Assembly (NCBI GenBank): GCA_964344965.1 | Contig: CAYFPJ010000001.1 | Location: forward strand, 22,771 to 86,770 | Length of the DNA stretch: 64,000 bases | Source of the DNA: an uncultured Gammaproteobacteria bacterium | Lineage (GTDB): Bacteria; Patescibacteriota; Patescibacteriia; Magasanikbacterales; UBA922 | Direction: 5' to 3' | Part shown: one piece after another, positions 37,066 to 46,189 of the stretch | Layout: every line of letters starts with the position of its first letter | Position numbering within the stretch: the first letter of the stretch is position 1 | Program-made: the position numbers and the translations under genes | Notes under the pieces: generated by a model | Databases searched by the model: none | Told to the model about the DNA's origin: nothing | The model's input: only the letters and a program-made list of their open reading frames with translations

Positions 37066-39336
37066 ATGAAATTAGATTCGCAGGTTTCACAATTGAATAG
37101 AGTCGGTAAAGTTCTGGAAAAAAAGCTAGGACGTCTTGGTATTGTTACAGTTGTAGATTTGCTAAATTATTTTCCTTTCCGTTATGAGGATTTTAGTCAG
37201 ATCGTAGATATAAAAGATTTACAAGAAGGATTGGAGGTGACTGTGCGAGGTAGAGTGGAATTGATAGCCAACAAGAGAAGTTCTCGTAAGCGAAAAATTA
37301 TTACAGAAGCAATAGTCAGTGACGGCACCGATAGTTTGCGAATTATCTGGTTTGGCCAACCCTTTATTACCAAGATTTTGAAAGCTGGAGATGATGTATT
37401 TTTTTCTGGTAAGGTGAAGGATGATATGTTTGGGTTACAGATGGTGGGACCGGGGTATGAGAAAGCTGGACAGAGGACTTCCCGCAGGACCTCACCCGCA
37501 CTCGCTTCGCTCGTGTCGACCTCTCCTGAAAGGAGAGGTGAATATGGTGGTGCTTCCAAACCTGCTTTAGATACGACGCACACCGCTCGTATTGTACCGA
37601 TATATCCTCTGACTGCGGGGGTTACACAGAAGCAAGTGCGTTTTTTGATGAAGCAGGTTATTGATTTGTCTAGTAGTATGGAAGATTGGCTGCCGGATGA
37701 TATTCAGGATCGGGTGGATGTCATGGAATTCTCAGAAGCCATAAAAGCAATTCATTTTCCTGATTCTCAAGATGAGCTTAGACATGCTGAAAGGAGATTG
37801 AAATTTGATGAGTTATTTCTCTTACAACTTCGAGCAGAGATGATCAGACAATCGATCAAGAGATCAAAGGCTCCAGAGATCAAATTTCAAGAAAATGAAA
37901 TCAAAACTTTTGTAGACTCACTTCCATTCAAATTAACTAAAGATCAAAAGATTGCTGCTTGGGAAATATTGCAGGATCTGGAAAAAGCAGAACCGATGAA
38001 TAGATTGCTGGAGGGAGATGTGGGGTCTGGAAAGACTGTGGTGGCAGCGATGGCTCTCTACAGTTCGGTGCTGAATGGTTTTCAAGGGGTGCTGATGGCA
38101 CCGACAGAGATTTTGGCGAAACAGCATTTTTCTTCACTGTGTGAATTGCTTGGCGGTAAAGTTAGTATTGGTTTGCTGTCACGTTCAGAACGAACAACGA
38201 ACAACGAACAACGAACAAGTGACAAAGAAGAAAGTTCGTCGATGGTTGATCGTAGTTCGTCAAAAAAATTGTCAAAGAAAAAAATGTTAGAGAAAATAGA
38301 GAATGGTGAATTGGAAATAATTGTTGGTACTCATGCCTTACTTTCTGATGACATAGGATTTGCAGACTTGGGTTTGGTCATCGTGGATGAGCAGCACAGA
38401 TTTGGAGTGGAACAGAGAAAAAAGATTCGAGAAAAGTCTGGTAATAAAAAAACATCTCCACATTTCTTATCTATGACAGCTACACCTATTCCACGTTCTT
38501 TTGCCCTCACTGTGTATGGTGATCTCGATTTGTCTATCATACGAGAGATGCCGGCAGGTCGGAAGCCAGTGCAGACTAGACTTGTGGACCCACATCAAAG
38601 GGATAAGGCGTATAGGTTTATCCGGGAGCAGGTGAGCGACGGTAGGCAGGTTTTTGTAGTGTGTCCTTTGATACAAGAAAAAGGAAAAGAGATAAGAGAT
38701 AAAGAGATACCTTTTATCTCGCAGCCTGCTAAACAGAATGCCTATCTTGTATCTCCATCTGTAGAAAAAAAATCAGTGCTTGCAGAATATGAGAAACTTT
38801 CTAAACAAATATTTCCAGATTTGAAAATTAGTTTTCTTCATGGCAAGATGAAGGCAAAAGAAAAGGATGAGGCGATGGCAAATTTTGTGACAGGGGAGAC
38901 AGATATCCTGGTCTCTACTTCGGTGGTGGAGGTGGGGGTGAATATTCCTAATGCCAGTGTGATGATGATCGAAGGTGCTGAAAATTTTGGCCTGGCCCAG
39001 CTACATCAGTTTCGTGGGCGTGTAGGTAGGAGTGGGCATCGATCTTATTGCTTTTTGTTTACTGATAGTGATAGCCAAAAAGTACAAGAAAGACTTTCTT
39101 TTTTTGAAAAAAATAATAGTGGTTTTGATGTGGCAGAATATGATCTGGAGATGCGCGGCCCAGGAGAGGTCTATGGTAAAGCTCAGAGTGGGATGGAGCA
39201 ACTGCGTCTGGCTTCGATGCGAGACGGTGAGTTGATTAAACTGGCTAGAGAAGTGGCGAGAGGAATTGATTTTGAGAAGTATCCTGAGCTGAGGGAGAAA
39301 GTGGAGGAATGGGAAGATTCTGTTCATTTAGAATGA
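37066..39336 (+). CDS. recG: ATP-dependent DNA helicase RecG
   Basis: Wedge/OB N-terminus, helicase motifs I (GDVGSGKT), II (DEQHRFGV), VI (QLHQFRGRVGRS). Start chosen at MKLDSQ. Carries a GC-rich in-frame insert (37448-37560) and a cgaacaa x4 tandem repeat (38191-38218). Confidence 0.9.
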   Translation: MKLDSQVSQLNRVGKVLEKKLGRLGIVTVVDLLNYFPFRYEDFSQIVDIKDLQEGLEVTVRGRVELIANKRSSRKRKIITEAIVSDGTDSLRIIWFGQPFITKILKAGDDVFFSGKVKDDMFGLQMVGPGYEKAGQRTSRRTSPALASLVSTSPERRGEYGGASKPALDTTHTARIVPIYPLTAGVTQKQVRFLMKQVIDLSSSMEDWLPDDIQDRVDVMEFSEAIKAIHFPDSQDELRHAERRLKFDELFLLQLRAEMIRQSIKRSKAPEIKFQENEIKTFVDSLPFKLTKDQKIAAWEILQDLEKAEPMNRLLEGDVGSGKTVVAAMALYSSVLNGFQGVLMAPTEILAKQHFSSLCELLGGKVSIGLLSRSERTTNNEQRTSDKEESSSMVDRSSSKKLSKKKMLEKIENGELEIIVGTHALLSDDIGFADLGLVIVDEQHRFGVEQRKKIREKSGNKKTSPHFLSMTATPIPRSFALTVYGDLDLSIIREMPAGRKPVQTRLVDPHQRDKAYRFIREQVSDGRQVFVVCPLIQEKGKEIRDKEIPFISQPAKQNAYLVSPSVEKKSVLAEYEKLSKQIFPDLKISFLHGKMKAKEKDEAMANFVTGETDILVSTSVVEVGVNIPNASVMMIEGAENFGLAQLHQFRGRVGRSGHRSYCFLFTDSDSQKVQERLSFFEKNNSGFDVAEYDLEMRGPGEVYGKAQSGMEQLRLASMRDGELIKLAREVARGIDFEKYPELREKVEEWEDSVHLE

Positions 39337-39380
39337 TTTTAAGTTATAAAAAATTAGTTATTCATTTTAAAAATAAATCT

Positions 39381-39812
39381 ATGGGTATAGATGCAGAAAG
39401 AGTTTTTGAGCACCAGTTGTTTGAGGAAAGGGCTGGTTTTATTAGAGAGCATTATCCTGGAGACGAAGAAAGGGTGGTGGAGGTTATAAATTCTGCCCTA
39501 GATGGATTTGAAGTGCTTGAAAAAAGAAAAGATGGAGATCTCTTGGCATTATTAACTTATTGTTTTGCTGAAAACTCTTTTAAAACTAAATATTGTCAAT
39601 TTGGTATGCATGTTGTAGACGAAGGAGAAAGAGGTGAAGGTCATGCTTATGAACTTTTTGAGATTTTAAAAGAAAAGGCTAGAGGTAGTGGCTGTCAATA
39701 TATTACTGCGATGGCCGACACAGAGAGTGGAAATGATTTTCTAAGAAGACAGGGTTTTGATATTGAAGAAGATCCTGTAACTGGATCTGAGTATTACCAT
39801 CTTGATCTATAG
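39381..39812 (+). CDS. putative GNAT-family acetyltransferase
   Basis: Weak GNAT-like C-terminal pattern (HVVDEGERGEGHAYELFEILKEKARGSG). Low certainty. Confidence 0.35.
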   Translation: MGIDAERVFEHQLFEERAGFIREHYPGDEERVVEVINSALDGFEVLEKRKDGDLLALLTYCFAENSFKTKYCQFGMHVVDEGERGEGHAYELFEILKEKARGSGCQYITAMADTESGNDFLRRQGFDIEEDPVTGSEYYHLDL

Positions 39813-39943
39813 TCTGTATTAAACATTTTGCTTTACGTAGATCTTATTGTTATAAAGTATCTCTATGGAGAGGATCAGTTGGTTCCACCTTCATTCGAGT
39901 ATGTAGAAGATGTTGCGATAGTCACAATGTTGTATGTTCATAT

Positions 39944-41290
39944 TTATGTCTTCGCAATCAACTCCTCAATATTTTTCACTCCTGTCATTTTTACATCTTT
40001 CATATTTGGTAAATTTTTTCCAGCAGCAGTGATTACTCGTTTCATACCCAGTGCGCTACTTTCTTTGATCCTTTTTTCCACATGTCTAACTGAGCGTACT
40101 TCGCCACCAAGGCCCACTTCACCAAATACTACCAGATCCTTACCCCCAGCTTTGTCTTTGAAGCTACTAGCAATAGCTAGGCAGACTGCCAAGTCAGCTG
40201 CTGGTTCATTAGCTTTCATTCCACCGACCACATTGATGTGAATATCATACTGACCAAGATTTAGTTTGGCACGTTTTTGTAATACTGCCACTAAGACATG
40301 AAGACGATTTAGGTCAAAGCCGCTGGCTTTCCTGACTGGATACCCAAAGCTGGTTTTATTCACAAGAGCTTGTATTTCTACGAGTATTGGTCTGGTTCCT
40401 TCCATAAGACAGGTGACAATGCTGCCAGGCATATCTTCTCCACGTTCCTCTAGAAAATTGGCAGAAGGATTTTTGACTCCATTTAGGCCGGTTGCAGTCA
40501 TTTCAAATATGCCGACTTCGTCTGTGGGCCCAAAACGATTTTTGACAGTCCTGAGTATTCTGTGCTGGTGATATCTGTCTCCTTCGAGATATAGGACTGT
40601 GTCCACCAGATGTTCAAGTGTCCGTGGGCCAGCCACAGATCCATCTTTGGTGACATGACCAATGAGCACTATTGCTGTATTGGTTGATTTGGCACATTCC
40701 AATAGTTTGGTGGTGCAAGCCCGGATTTGGTTGACATTCCCTGGCTCTCCACTGACATCATTGGAATAAAGTGTCTGAATGGAATCAATAATTGCCAAAG
40801 ATGGTTTGTTATTTTTGATGGTTGCTGAGACAGATTCGACATTTGTTTCGTTGGCCAGTTGTAGAGATGCAAAATTTTGTGTCTCTACGATACGGTCAGC
40901 TCGAAGTTTTATTTGTTCTATAGATTCTTCTCCAGAAATATATAGAGTAGGGGAAACACTGGCAGCAAGTTGAATCGACAAAGTGGATTTGCCAATCCCG
41001 GGTTCACCACCAAGCAATATTAGGCTGCCAGGTACCAGGCCACCCCCAAGCACACGATCAAGTTCAGAAAGTTTAGTATTAATTCTTTTTACATTCTCAC
41101 CTTTGATTTCAGTGAGAGTTTTTGTTTTTGCAGGTGCGTGTTGTTGCACCTTGTCAGTAGTCTGTGGTCCATAGTTCGTAGTCTGTTCTAAAGTTCCCCA
41201 CTTGCCGCATTCTAGACATCTTCCAGTCCATTTTCCAAATTGAGCTCCGCAATGAGAGCACTCAAAGATTTTATTATTTTTTTTATTCAT
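39944..41290 (-). CDS. radA: DNA repair protein RadA (Sms)
   Basis: N-terminal C4 zinc finger (CSHCGAQF...CLECGKW), RecA-like Walker A GEPGIGKST, KNRFG motif, Lon-protease-like C-terminus. ATG start at 41290 preferred over GTG at 41308. Confidence 0.9.
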   Translation of the reverse strand: MNKKNNKIFECSHCGAQFGKWTGRCLECGKWGTLEQTTNYGPQTTDKVQQHAPAKTKTLTEIKGENVKRINTKLSELDRVLGGGLVPGSLILLGGEPGIGKSTLSIQLAASVSPTLYISGEESIEQIKLRADRIVETQNFASLQLANETNVESVSATIKNNKPSLAIIDSIQTLYSNDVSGEPGNVNQIRACTTKLLECAKSTNTAIVLIGHVTKDGSVAGPRTLEHLVDTVLYLEGDRYHQHRILRTVKNRFGPTDEVGIFEMTATGLNGVKNPSANFLEERGEDMPGSIVTCLMEGTRPILVEIQALVNKTSFGYPVRKASGFDLNRLHVLVAVLQKRAKLNLGQYDIHINVVGGMKANEPAADLAVCLAIASSFKDKAGGKDLVVFGEVGLGGEVRSVRHVEKRIKESSALGMKRVITAAGKNLPNMKDVKMTGVKNIEELIAKT

Positions 41291-41301
41291 ATCTATACAG
41301 T

Positions 41302-43443
41302 TTAACACGAAGTTTCAAAACAACTAACAGTCCTGCTATCCTCTAATGGATTTTTTGGATATTCAAAGTGCCATACCTCTGATTTCAACCTCTTCCATCC
41401 TGCGGCATACATAATCTCAGCTAGTTTTTTGTTGAATTTTCTGTATTCTTTATTGTTTTGCACAGCACGTTTTGTTGGCGCACTGATGCCAGTTTCTTTT
41501 TTCCCATTTATGATCGTAGTACCTTTCAATTGGACATCTATTGCTGTCCCAGAGCCGTGTCTTGAGCCACCTGGCCAAGCTATACTTGAGGGATTGAAGG
41601 TGCCTTTGATAATTTTGTCGCAGGCTATCTCTAGTTGTTCTTCCAAAGATCTGAATCCATAATAAACATTTATTTCTAATCCTTGACTACTGGCTAGTTT
41701 ACCAGCTTTTTTCAAAGGACCTACTATGCTAGGTAGAATGCGAGCAGGCTTACCGGTTGTAGCACTGGATCTGGCTACAATACCTACCATGTTGTGTTTC
41801 TTGACAGCATCTGACAATAGTATAACTTCTGATTCATCAGGAATGCCAGCTAGTTTATATTCACCCCATTTTTCCTTATTTTTACAGATTGGTAGACATT
41901 CCTTTTCTGAGCTACACAGCCTCTTGGCTGTTGATGGGTTAAGCTCATCTTCGGGATGAATGTGTTCTCCCTCTAAAGCATAATCTAGAGATTGTGGAGT
42001 GAAAGTGATTACTCTTAGATTTTTGAATTTTACCAATTCAGGATTTACTAGGTATAAAATAGTATAAGATCCTACCGCCAAGAGTAATCCAGTGATCGAG
42101 TTCAAAAGCATCTTCTTTGCCTCTGTCACCTTCTCACTATTTCCTCCAGAAATGATAAGGGTAAAACCAGAATTAATAATCATCACAACAGCAATAATAC
42201 TCATAATAGCTACGCCATATCTATAGATGGCAGCTAGGTATTCGCCGAGGTAGGGGATAGACAAAAATTCATTTCCATGCTCATCTGCATGTAATACAAG
42301 ATTTTCAGGACTAAAGTTGAGGCCGGGAATATTTATTTTTGGTTGTGGTCTGTGGGTGATTTGTTCTATTTCACCTATTACTCCAGATCCATGCTCTGGG
42401 ATAAGCACATCATCCTTTATTGTTTCACATGTTGATTCTACTCCAGATACGTGACCATTGTATTTACCTATATGCGCCTTCACTTCACCTGGAAAATTAT
42501 CTTTATCAAACAAAACCATCTCTGTACCGTCAAAATAATAGAAAGAAACAGACAGTAGGCCACTTTTCAAAACATCTACCCACACAAATGACTGAGTAGC
42601 TTTGTCTTTTTGGCCGATTTTTTTGGAGTTCCAGTAATTGACCATACCTTTGATTGGTAGTACTACTCTTTTTCCCAGTGTGCCTGTGTTAACATATCTA
42701 AAATTATTGCAGGTCGCATCATAAAAGGCGTGATTGTGGCCAGAAAACAGTGTGCTTATATTTTTTTCTTCTAATTTTTTTACAAATAGAGGATAGTTTT
42801 TTATATCTCCAGAATCATTTAGAGCTAGAGCGCTTTCTGTATTTACATTGTAGGGGTGAATATGCTTGAAGACCAGGTCTCCGGACTGAACATTGTTTTC
42901 TATCCAACTCATTTCTTCATTTTGGAGCCCCCATGACTTGTAGTAACTGATCATAGAGAAGTAAACCCCCTTGTAAGTGAAACGATAAGAGCTCTCTGGA
43001 AATCCAGAAGCATTTTTGGCTTGAGATAGAACACTACTCTTGTTGTTGTCCCAGAATTTTTCCCAAAATATCATGCCATTATCCTTACCAATACCAAACC
43101 CGTCGTGATTTCCTGCCACTGGTACAAAGGGTACTTTCAATTTATCTAAATACACTTTCTTAAATTCGGCCCACTGTTCTTCGGCAGTATGAAAAGGATG
43201 TGTGTGTTTGCATTCTCCGCCACCACCAATTAGATCTCCCGCACCCACTACAAATGCTGGTTTTCGATCGTTGATAATCTCTACAGCATATTTTGACCAC
43301 TTTCCTTGTCTAATGTGGCATTTATTTATATCATGAGTATCTGATATTACTGCGAAACTAAATAAGACGTCTTCTTCAGCCAAAGAGGGAAGAGGGAAAA
43401 GGATAATGATTAATAAAAATATTACATACCAAATATTTTTCAT
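41302..43443 (-). CDS. mosaic envelope protein P1: signal peptide + calcineurin-like metallophosphoesterase + conserved two-TM pilin-like module + VanY-like M15 D,D-carboxypeptidase domain
   Basis: Phosphoesterase motifs (ISDTHD, GDLIGGG, GNHDG, SGHNHAFY). Module YLAAIYRYGVAIMSIIAVVMIINSGFTLIISGGNSEKVTEAKK...LLAVGSYTILYLVNPELVKFKNLR. C-terminal SRHGSGTAIDV and EVWHFEY match the M15B (VanY) SxHxxGxAxD / EWWHF motifs. Confidence 0.7.
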   Translation of the reverse strand: MKNIWYVIFLLIIILFPLPSLAEEDVLFSFAVISDTHDINKCHIRQGKWSKYAVEIINDRKPAFVVGAGDLIGGGGECKHTHPFHTAEEQWAEFKKVYLDKLKVPFVPVAGNHDGFGIGKDNGMIFWEKFWDNNKSSVLSQAKNASGFPESSYRFTYKGVYFSMISYYKSWGLQNEEMSWIENNVQSGDLVFKHIHPYNVNTESALALNDSGDIKNYPLFVKKLEEKNISTLFSGHNHAFYDATCNNFRYVNTGTLGKRVVLPIKGMVNYWNSKKIGQKDKATQSFVWVDVLKSGLLSVSFYYFDGTEMVLFDKDNFPGEVKAHIGKYNGHVSGVESTCETIKDDVLIPEHGSGVIGEIEQITHRPQPKINIPGLNFSPENLVLHADEHGNEFLSIPYLGEYLAAIYRYGVAIMSIIAVVMIINSGFTLIISGGNSEKVTEAKKMLLNSITGLLLAVGSYTILYLVNPELVKFKNLRVITFTPQSLDYALEGEHIHPEDELNPSTAKRLCSSEKECLPICKNKEKWGEYKLAGIPDESEVILLSDAVKKHNMVGIVARSSATTGKPARILPSIVGPLKKAGKLASSQGLEINVYYGFRSLEEQLEIACDKIIKGTFNPSSIAWPGGSRHGSGTAIDVQLKGTTIINGKKETGISAPTKRAVQNNKEYRKFNKKLAEIMYAAGWKRLKSEVWHFEYPKNPLEDSRTVSCFETSC

Positions 43444-43505
43444 ATTTTCCTAATTTTATAACATTGATTCTACTCCAGGCAAACAAGTATACAGGCTAAA
43501 ATAGA

Positions 43506-45431
43506 TTACAATTTTTTTGTGATCAAGTCTGTGTCTATTAGTGGACATTTTGTATCATTCCTGTCTTTGAACTTGAAAGTTGAGCCAAGGGACTTGGCTG
43601 TATCAATAACCCCTTTCCCTCCTTTGAAACCATCGTTTGTATGTCTTTTGGCACAATAATATTTCCTTTTTGTTTTTGGGTTTATTGTGTTGCACAGTTT
43701 TTCATCACCAGCCTTTGTTGCCTCTCCCATAATAACTTGTTTCGTAGGATTTTTGAATTCATGCTTGATCCACATATCATATATTACATCATGTGCTTTA
43801 TTCCAATCGCATGTGGGATCTATAATTTTTAATTTTGTCATAATATTTTTTGCACCACCAAGTCCACTGTGGTGACCTGTGTACATAAAGAATACTTTTG
43901 ATTCATTTGTGGCTTTTGGGCAGACTTTTTCGACTAGCTTATAGGAGGCGCGCAGTGAGCTTGCTCCCACCATGGTGCTTACCTCAGGATCAGTTATTTC
44001 TTCACAGTAGTCACTAAGCCCGTATTTTCCTAGATACCCGTTACTTCCATTTCCTTCACAATTTTTTTTTGTCGTTTGGAATAATCCTTTATATCCTGTA
44101 TCACTCACTGCATCTGGATTTAGCCTGGATTCTCTATAAGCAACCGCCTTTAGAATTTTCCAATCTACATCAAGACAAGATTCATATTTTTGGAATATAG
44201 AATCGTAAGTAGCATTTCCTGTAGATGATTTTGAGGATGAAGAAATTTTTAAGGGTTGACCTTTGTCTAAGATATCCAAAGGAAGACCTTGTACAGTGAG
44301 TATGCGTAAATTTTTAAATTTTACCAACTCTGGATTAATAGTATAGAGTAGGGTGTAAGAGCCTACTGCAAGGATAAGAGCTGTAATGGAATGGATTATT
44401 TTATCTTTTGCTTTGGTGATTTTTTCACTATTGCCACTGGATATGATGTATTGGAAACCAGCGTCGATAATCATCACAACAGCAATTATACTGATGATGA
44501 CTACTGCATATCTATAGATGGCAGCTAGATATTCTCCGAGGTAGGGGATTAAGATGAACTTACTACCCACCTCATCTTCTTCTTGGAGTAAATTTTCGGG
44601 ATTAGAAAAATCAAGACCAGGAATTTTTATTTTTGTTTGCGGTTTTTCTATCTTTAGTTCAATGTCACCGAACACTGATAAATCTGAGACAACTATTGAG
44701 CCATCAAAATCAAATTTTTTGTCGCCGTAAGCTAAAACCATTATCAATTGGTGAAGTAGTTTATGTCCTTCACTATTCATATGAAGACCATCCCCACTGT
44801 CGTAGATGGTCTGCATGCCTTGACCCCCATCTTCTATATATGGATATATATCTACAAATACGTCGAGACCATAAGGTTTGGAACTCAACCACAGAGCATT
44901 GTCTCGAACATTTTTCCCCCACAATTTGGTCCACTCAACTGTTTTCCCTTCCTTGGTGACAGTTTTATAATTGGCAAATGGTTGGGCCCCAGTGACTATC
45001 GTCCTTATTCCCTCTAATTCAGCTTGTTGGAGTATTTTTTTAAAACTGTCTTTGGATTTGTCTGGTGCTTTTGTAGATCCCATGAAGTTTAGACCAGAAT
45101 AAATTATCAGATCATCGTAGCCTCGCCCTTTGACCTTGTCATTGAATTGATCTAAAAACCATTTGTGACCGGTACTACTTTTTACGAAGCAATCAATTTT
45201 GTGTTTTGGTAAAGAATTTTTTAATCTTTTTATCACTCCCCAGTTTTTATTACATCCAGCTGCATAGGTGGATGATCCTATGACTGCAATTTTACCACCC
45301 TCCTCTGTCTCAGCTATGCTGGTGACTGGATAAAAAAAATAAAATGTGAATATAACACAAAATATAAAACTAATTGTTTTCACTACTTTATTTCCAAAGA
45401 TGCTGTTCATAGTTGTAAAATAGTCTCCCAA
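43506..45431 (-). CDS. mosaic envelope protein P2: SGNH/GDSL-like esterase + the same two-TM pilin-like module + lytic transglycosylase (SLT) domain
   Basis: SGNH block V DGLHMNSEGHKLL. Module YLAAIYRYAVVIISIIAVVMIIDAGFQYIISSGNSEKITKAKDK...ILAVGSYTLLYTINPELVKFKNLR is about 75% DNA-identical to P1. SLT motif AYRESRLNPDAVSDTGYKGLFQ. Confidence 0.7.
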   Translation of the reverse strand: MGDYFTTMNSIFGNKVVKTISFIFCVIFTFYFFYPVTSIAETEEGGKIAVIGSSTYAAGCNKNWGVIKRLKNSLPKHKIDCFVKSSTGHKWFLDQFNDKVKGRGYDDLIIYSGLNFMGSTKAPDKSKDSFKKILQQAELEGIRTIVTGAQPFANYKTVTKEGKTVEWTKLWGKNVRDNALWLSSKPYGLDVFVDIYPYIEDGGQGMQTIYDSGDGLHMNSEGHKLLHQLIMVLAYGDKKFDFDGSIVVSDLSVFGDIELKIEKPQTKIKIPGLDFSNPENLLQEEDEVGSKFILIPYLGEYLAAIYRYAVVIISIIAVVMIIDAGFQYIISSGNSEKITKAKDKIIHSITALILAVGSYTLLYTINPELVKFKNLRILTVQGLPLDILDKGQPLKISSSSKSSTGNATYDSIFQKYESCLDVDWKILKAVAYRESRLNPDAVSDTGYKGLFQTTKKNCEGNGSNGYLGKYGLSDYCEEITDPEVSTMVGASSLRASYKLVEKVCPKATNESKVFFMYTGHHSGLGGAKNIMTKLKIIDPTCDWNKAHDVIYDMWIKHEFKNPTKQVIMGEATKAGDEKLCNTINPKTKRKYYCAKRHTNDGFKGGKGVIDTAKSLGSTFKFKDRNDTKCPLIDTDLITKKL

Positions 45432-46075
45432 CCCTCTACATATGAAGGAGGAGCAATTTGTTCATTGTCTATGAATATTGCTGGTACTGCTTGTATATTT
45501 AGTAGAATGGCAAGTTGTTTGTTTCTTTCTACATAGTCGGTTGGTGCTGAAGTGGCAAGGCATCCAGCCATTTTTTCTGTATCTAGTCCTATGTCAGATG
45601 ATATGGCAGCCAATGTTTCTGGAGATAGATTTTCCAAATTATCAAAGGCTAGATTTTTGAATTCTTCAAATTTTCCTTGTAGGGCAGCACAATAAGAGTA
45701 GCGATGGGATGGCTCACTAGATACAGGGAATGTTTTTACAGGCAGTCCTTTCCAGATTACTTTTATCCGACCCGGATGCTTTTTTCTAAGTCCGTCTAAG
45801 ATTACCATCTGATTTTTACATCCTTGGCAGGCAAAATCTTCAAAAACTACAATAGTCTTGCCGGCATTTACACTTCCAAGCACAGGATCATCTGGGAATA
45901 TTGGTACTAGCTCTATTCCTGTATTTGCCTGATTTTTTATCTGCGGTTTTTGAAAAATATTGTTGTGCTGTATCAGACGGATGCCAAATATAATAGTGAT
46001 TAGAAGTATGGCAGGGACAAAAACAGATAAAATGTGTTTTGTTTTGATCATATTTGTAACATTTATTCCACCCAA
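45407..46075 (-). CDS. membrane-anchored DsbA-like thiol:disulfide oxidoreductase (thioredoxin fold)
   Basis: N-terminal TM, CxxC active site FACQGCKN, DsbA-like helical insert. The start may be 46051. Confidence 0.65.
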   Translation of the reverse strand: MGGINVTNMIKTKHILSVFVPAILLITIIFGIRLIQHNNIFQKPQIKNQANTGIELVPIFPDDPVLGSVNAGKTIVVFEDFACQGCKNQMVILDGLRKKHPGRIKVIWKGLPVKTFPVSSEPSHRYSYCAALQGKFEEFKNLAFDNLENLSPETLAAISSDIGLDTEKMAGCLATSAPTDYVERNKQLAILLNIQAVPAIFIDNEQIAPPSYVEGWETILQL

Positions 46076-46189
46076 GGCAGAAAAGTAGACTGATTAAAAA
46101 AGGTAGCACAGATACTTTATTGCATGATAAGAGTTTTATTTTACCATGACTCCATATACCTGTTACCTCTGACTTATTTCAGTAAAAGT

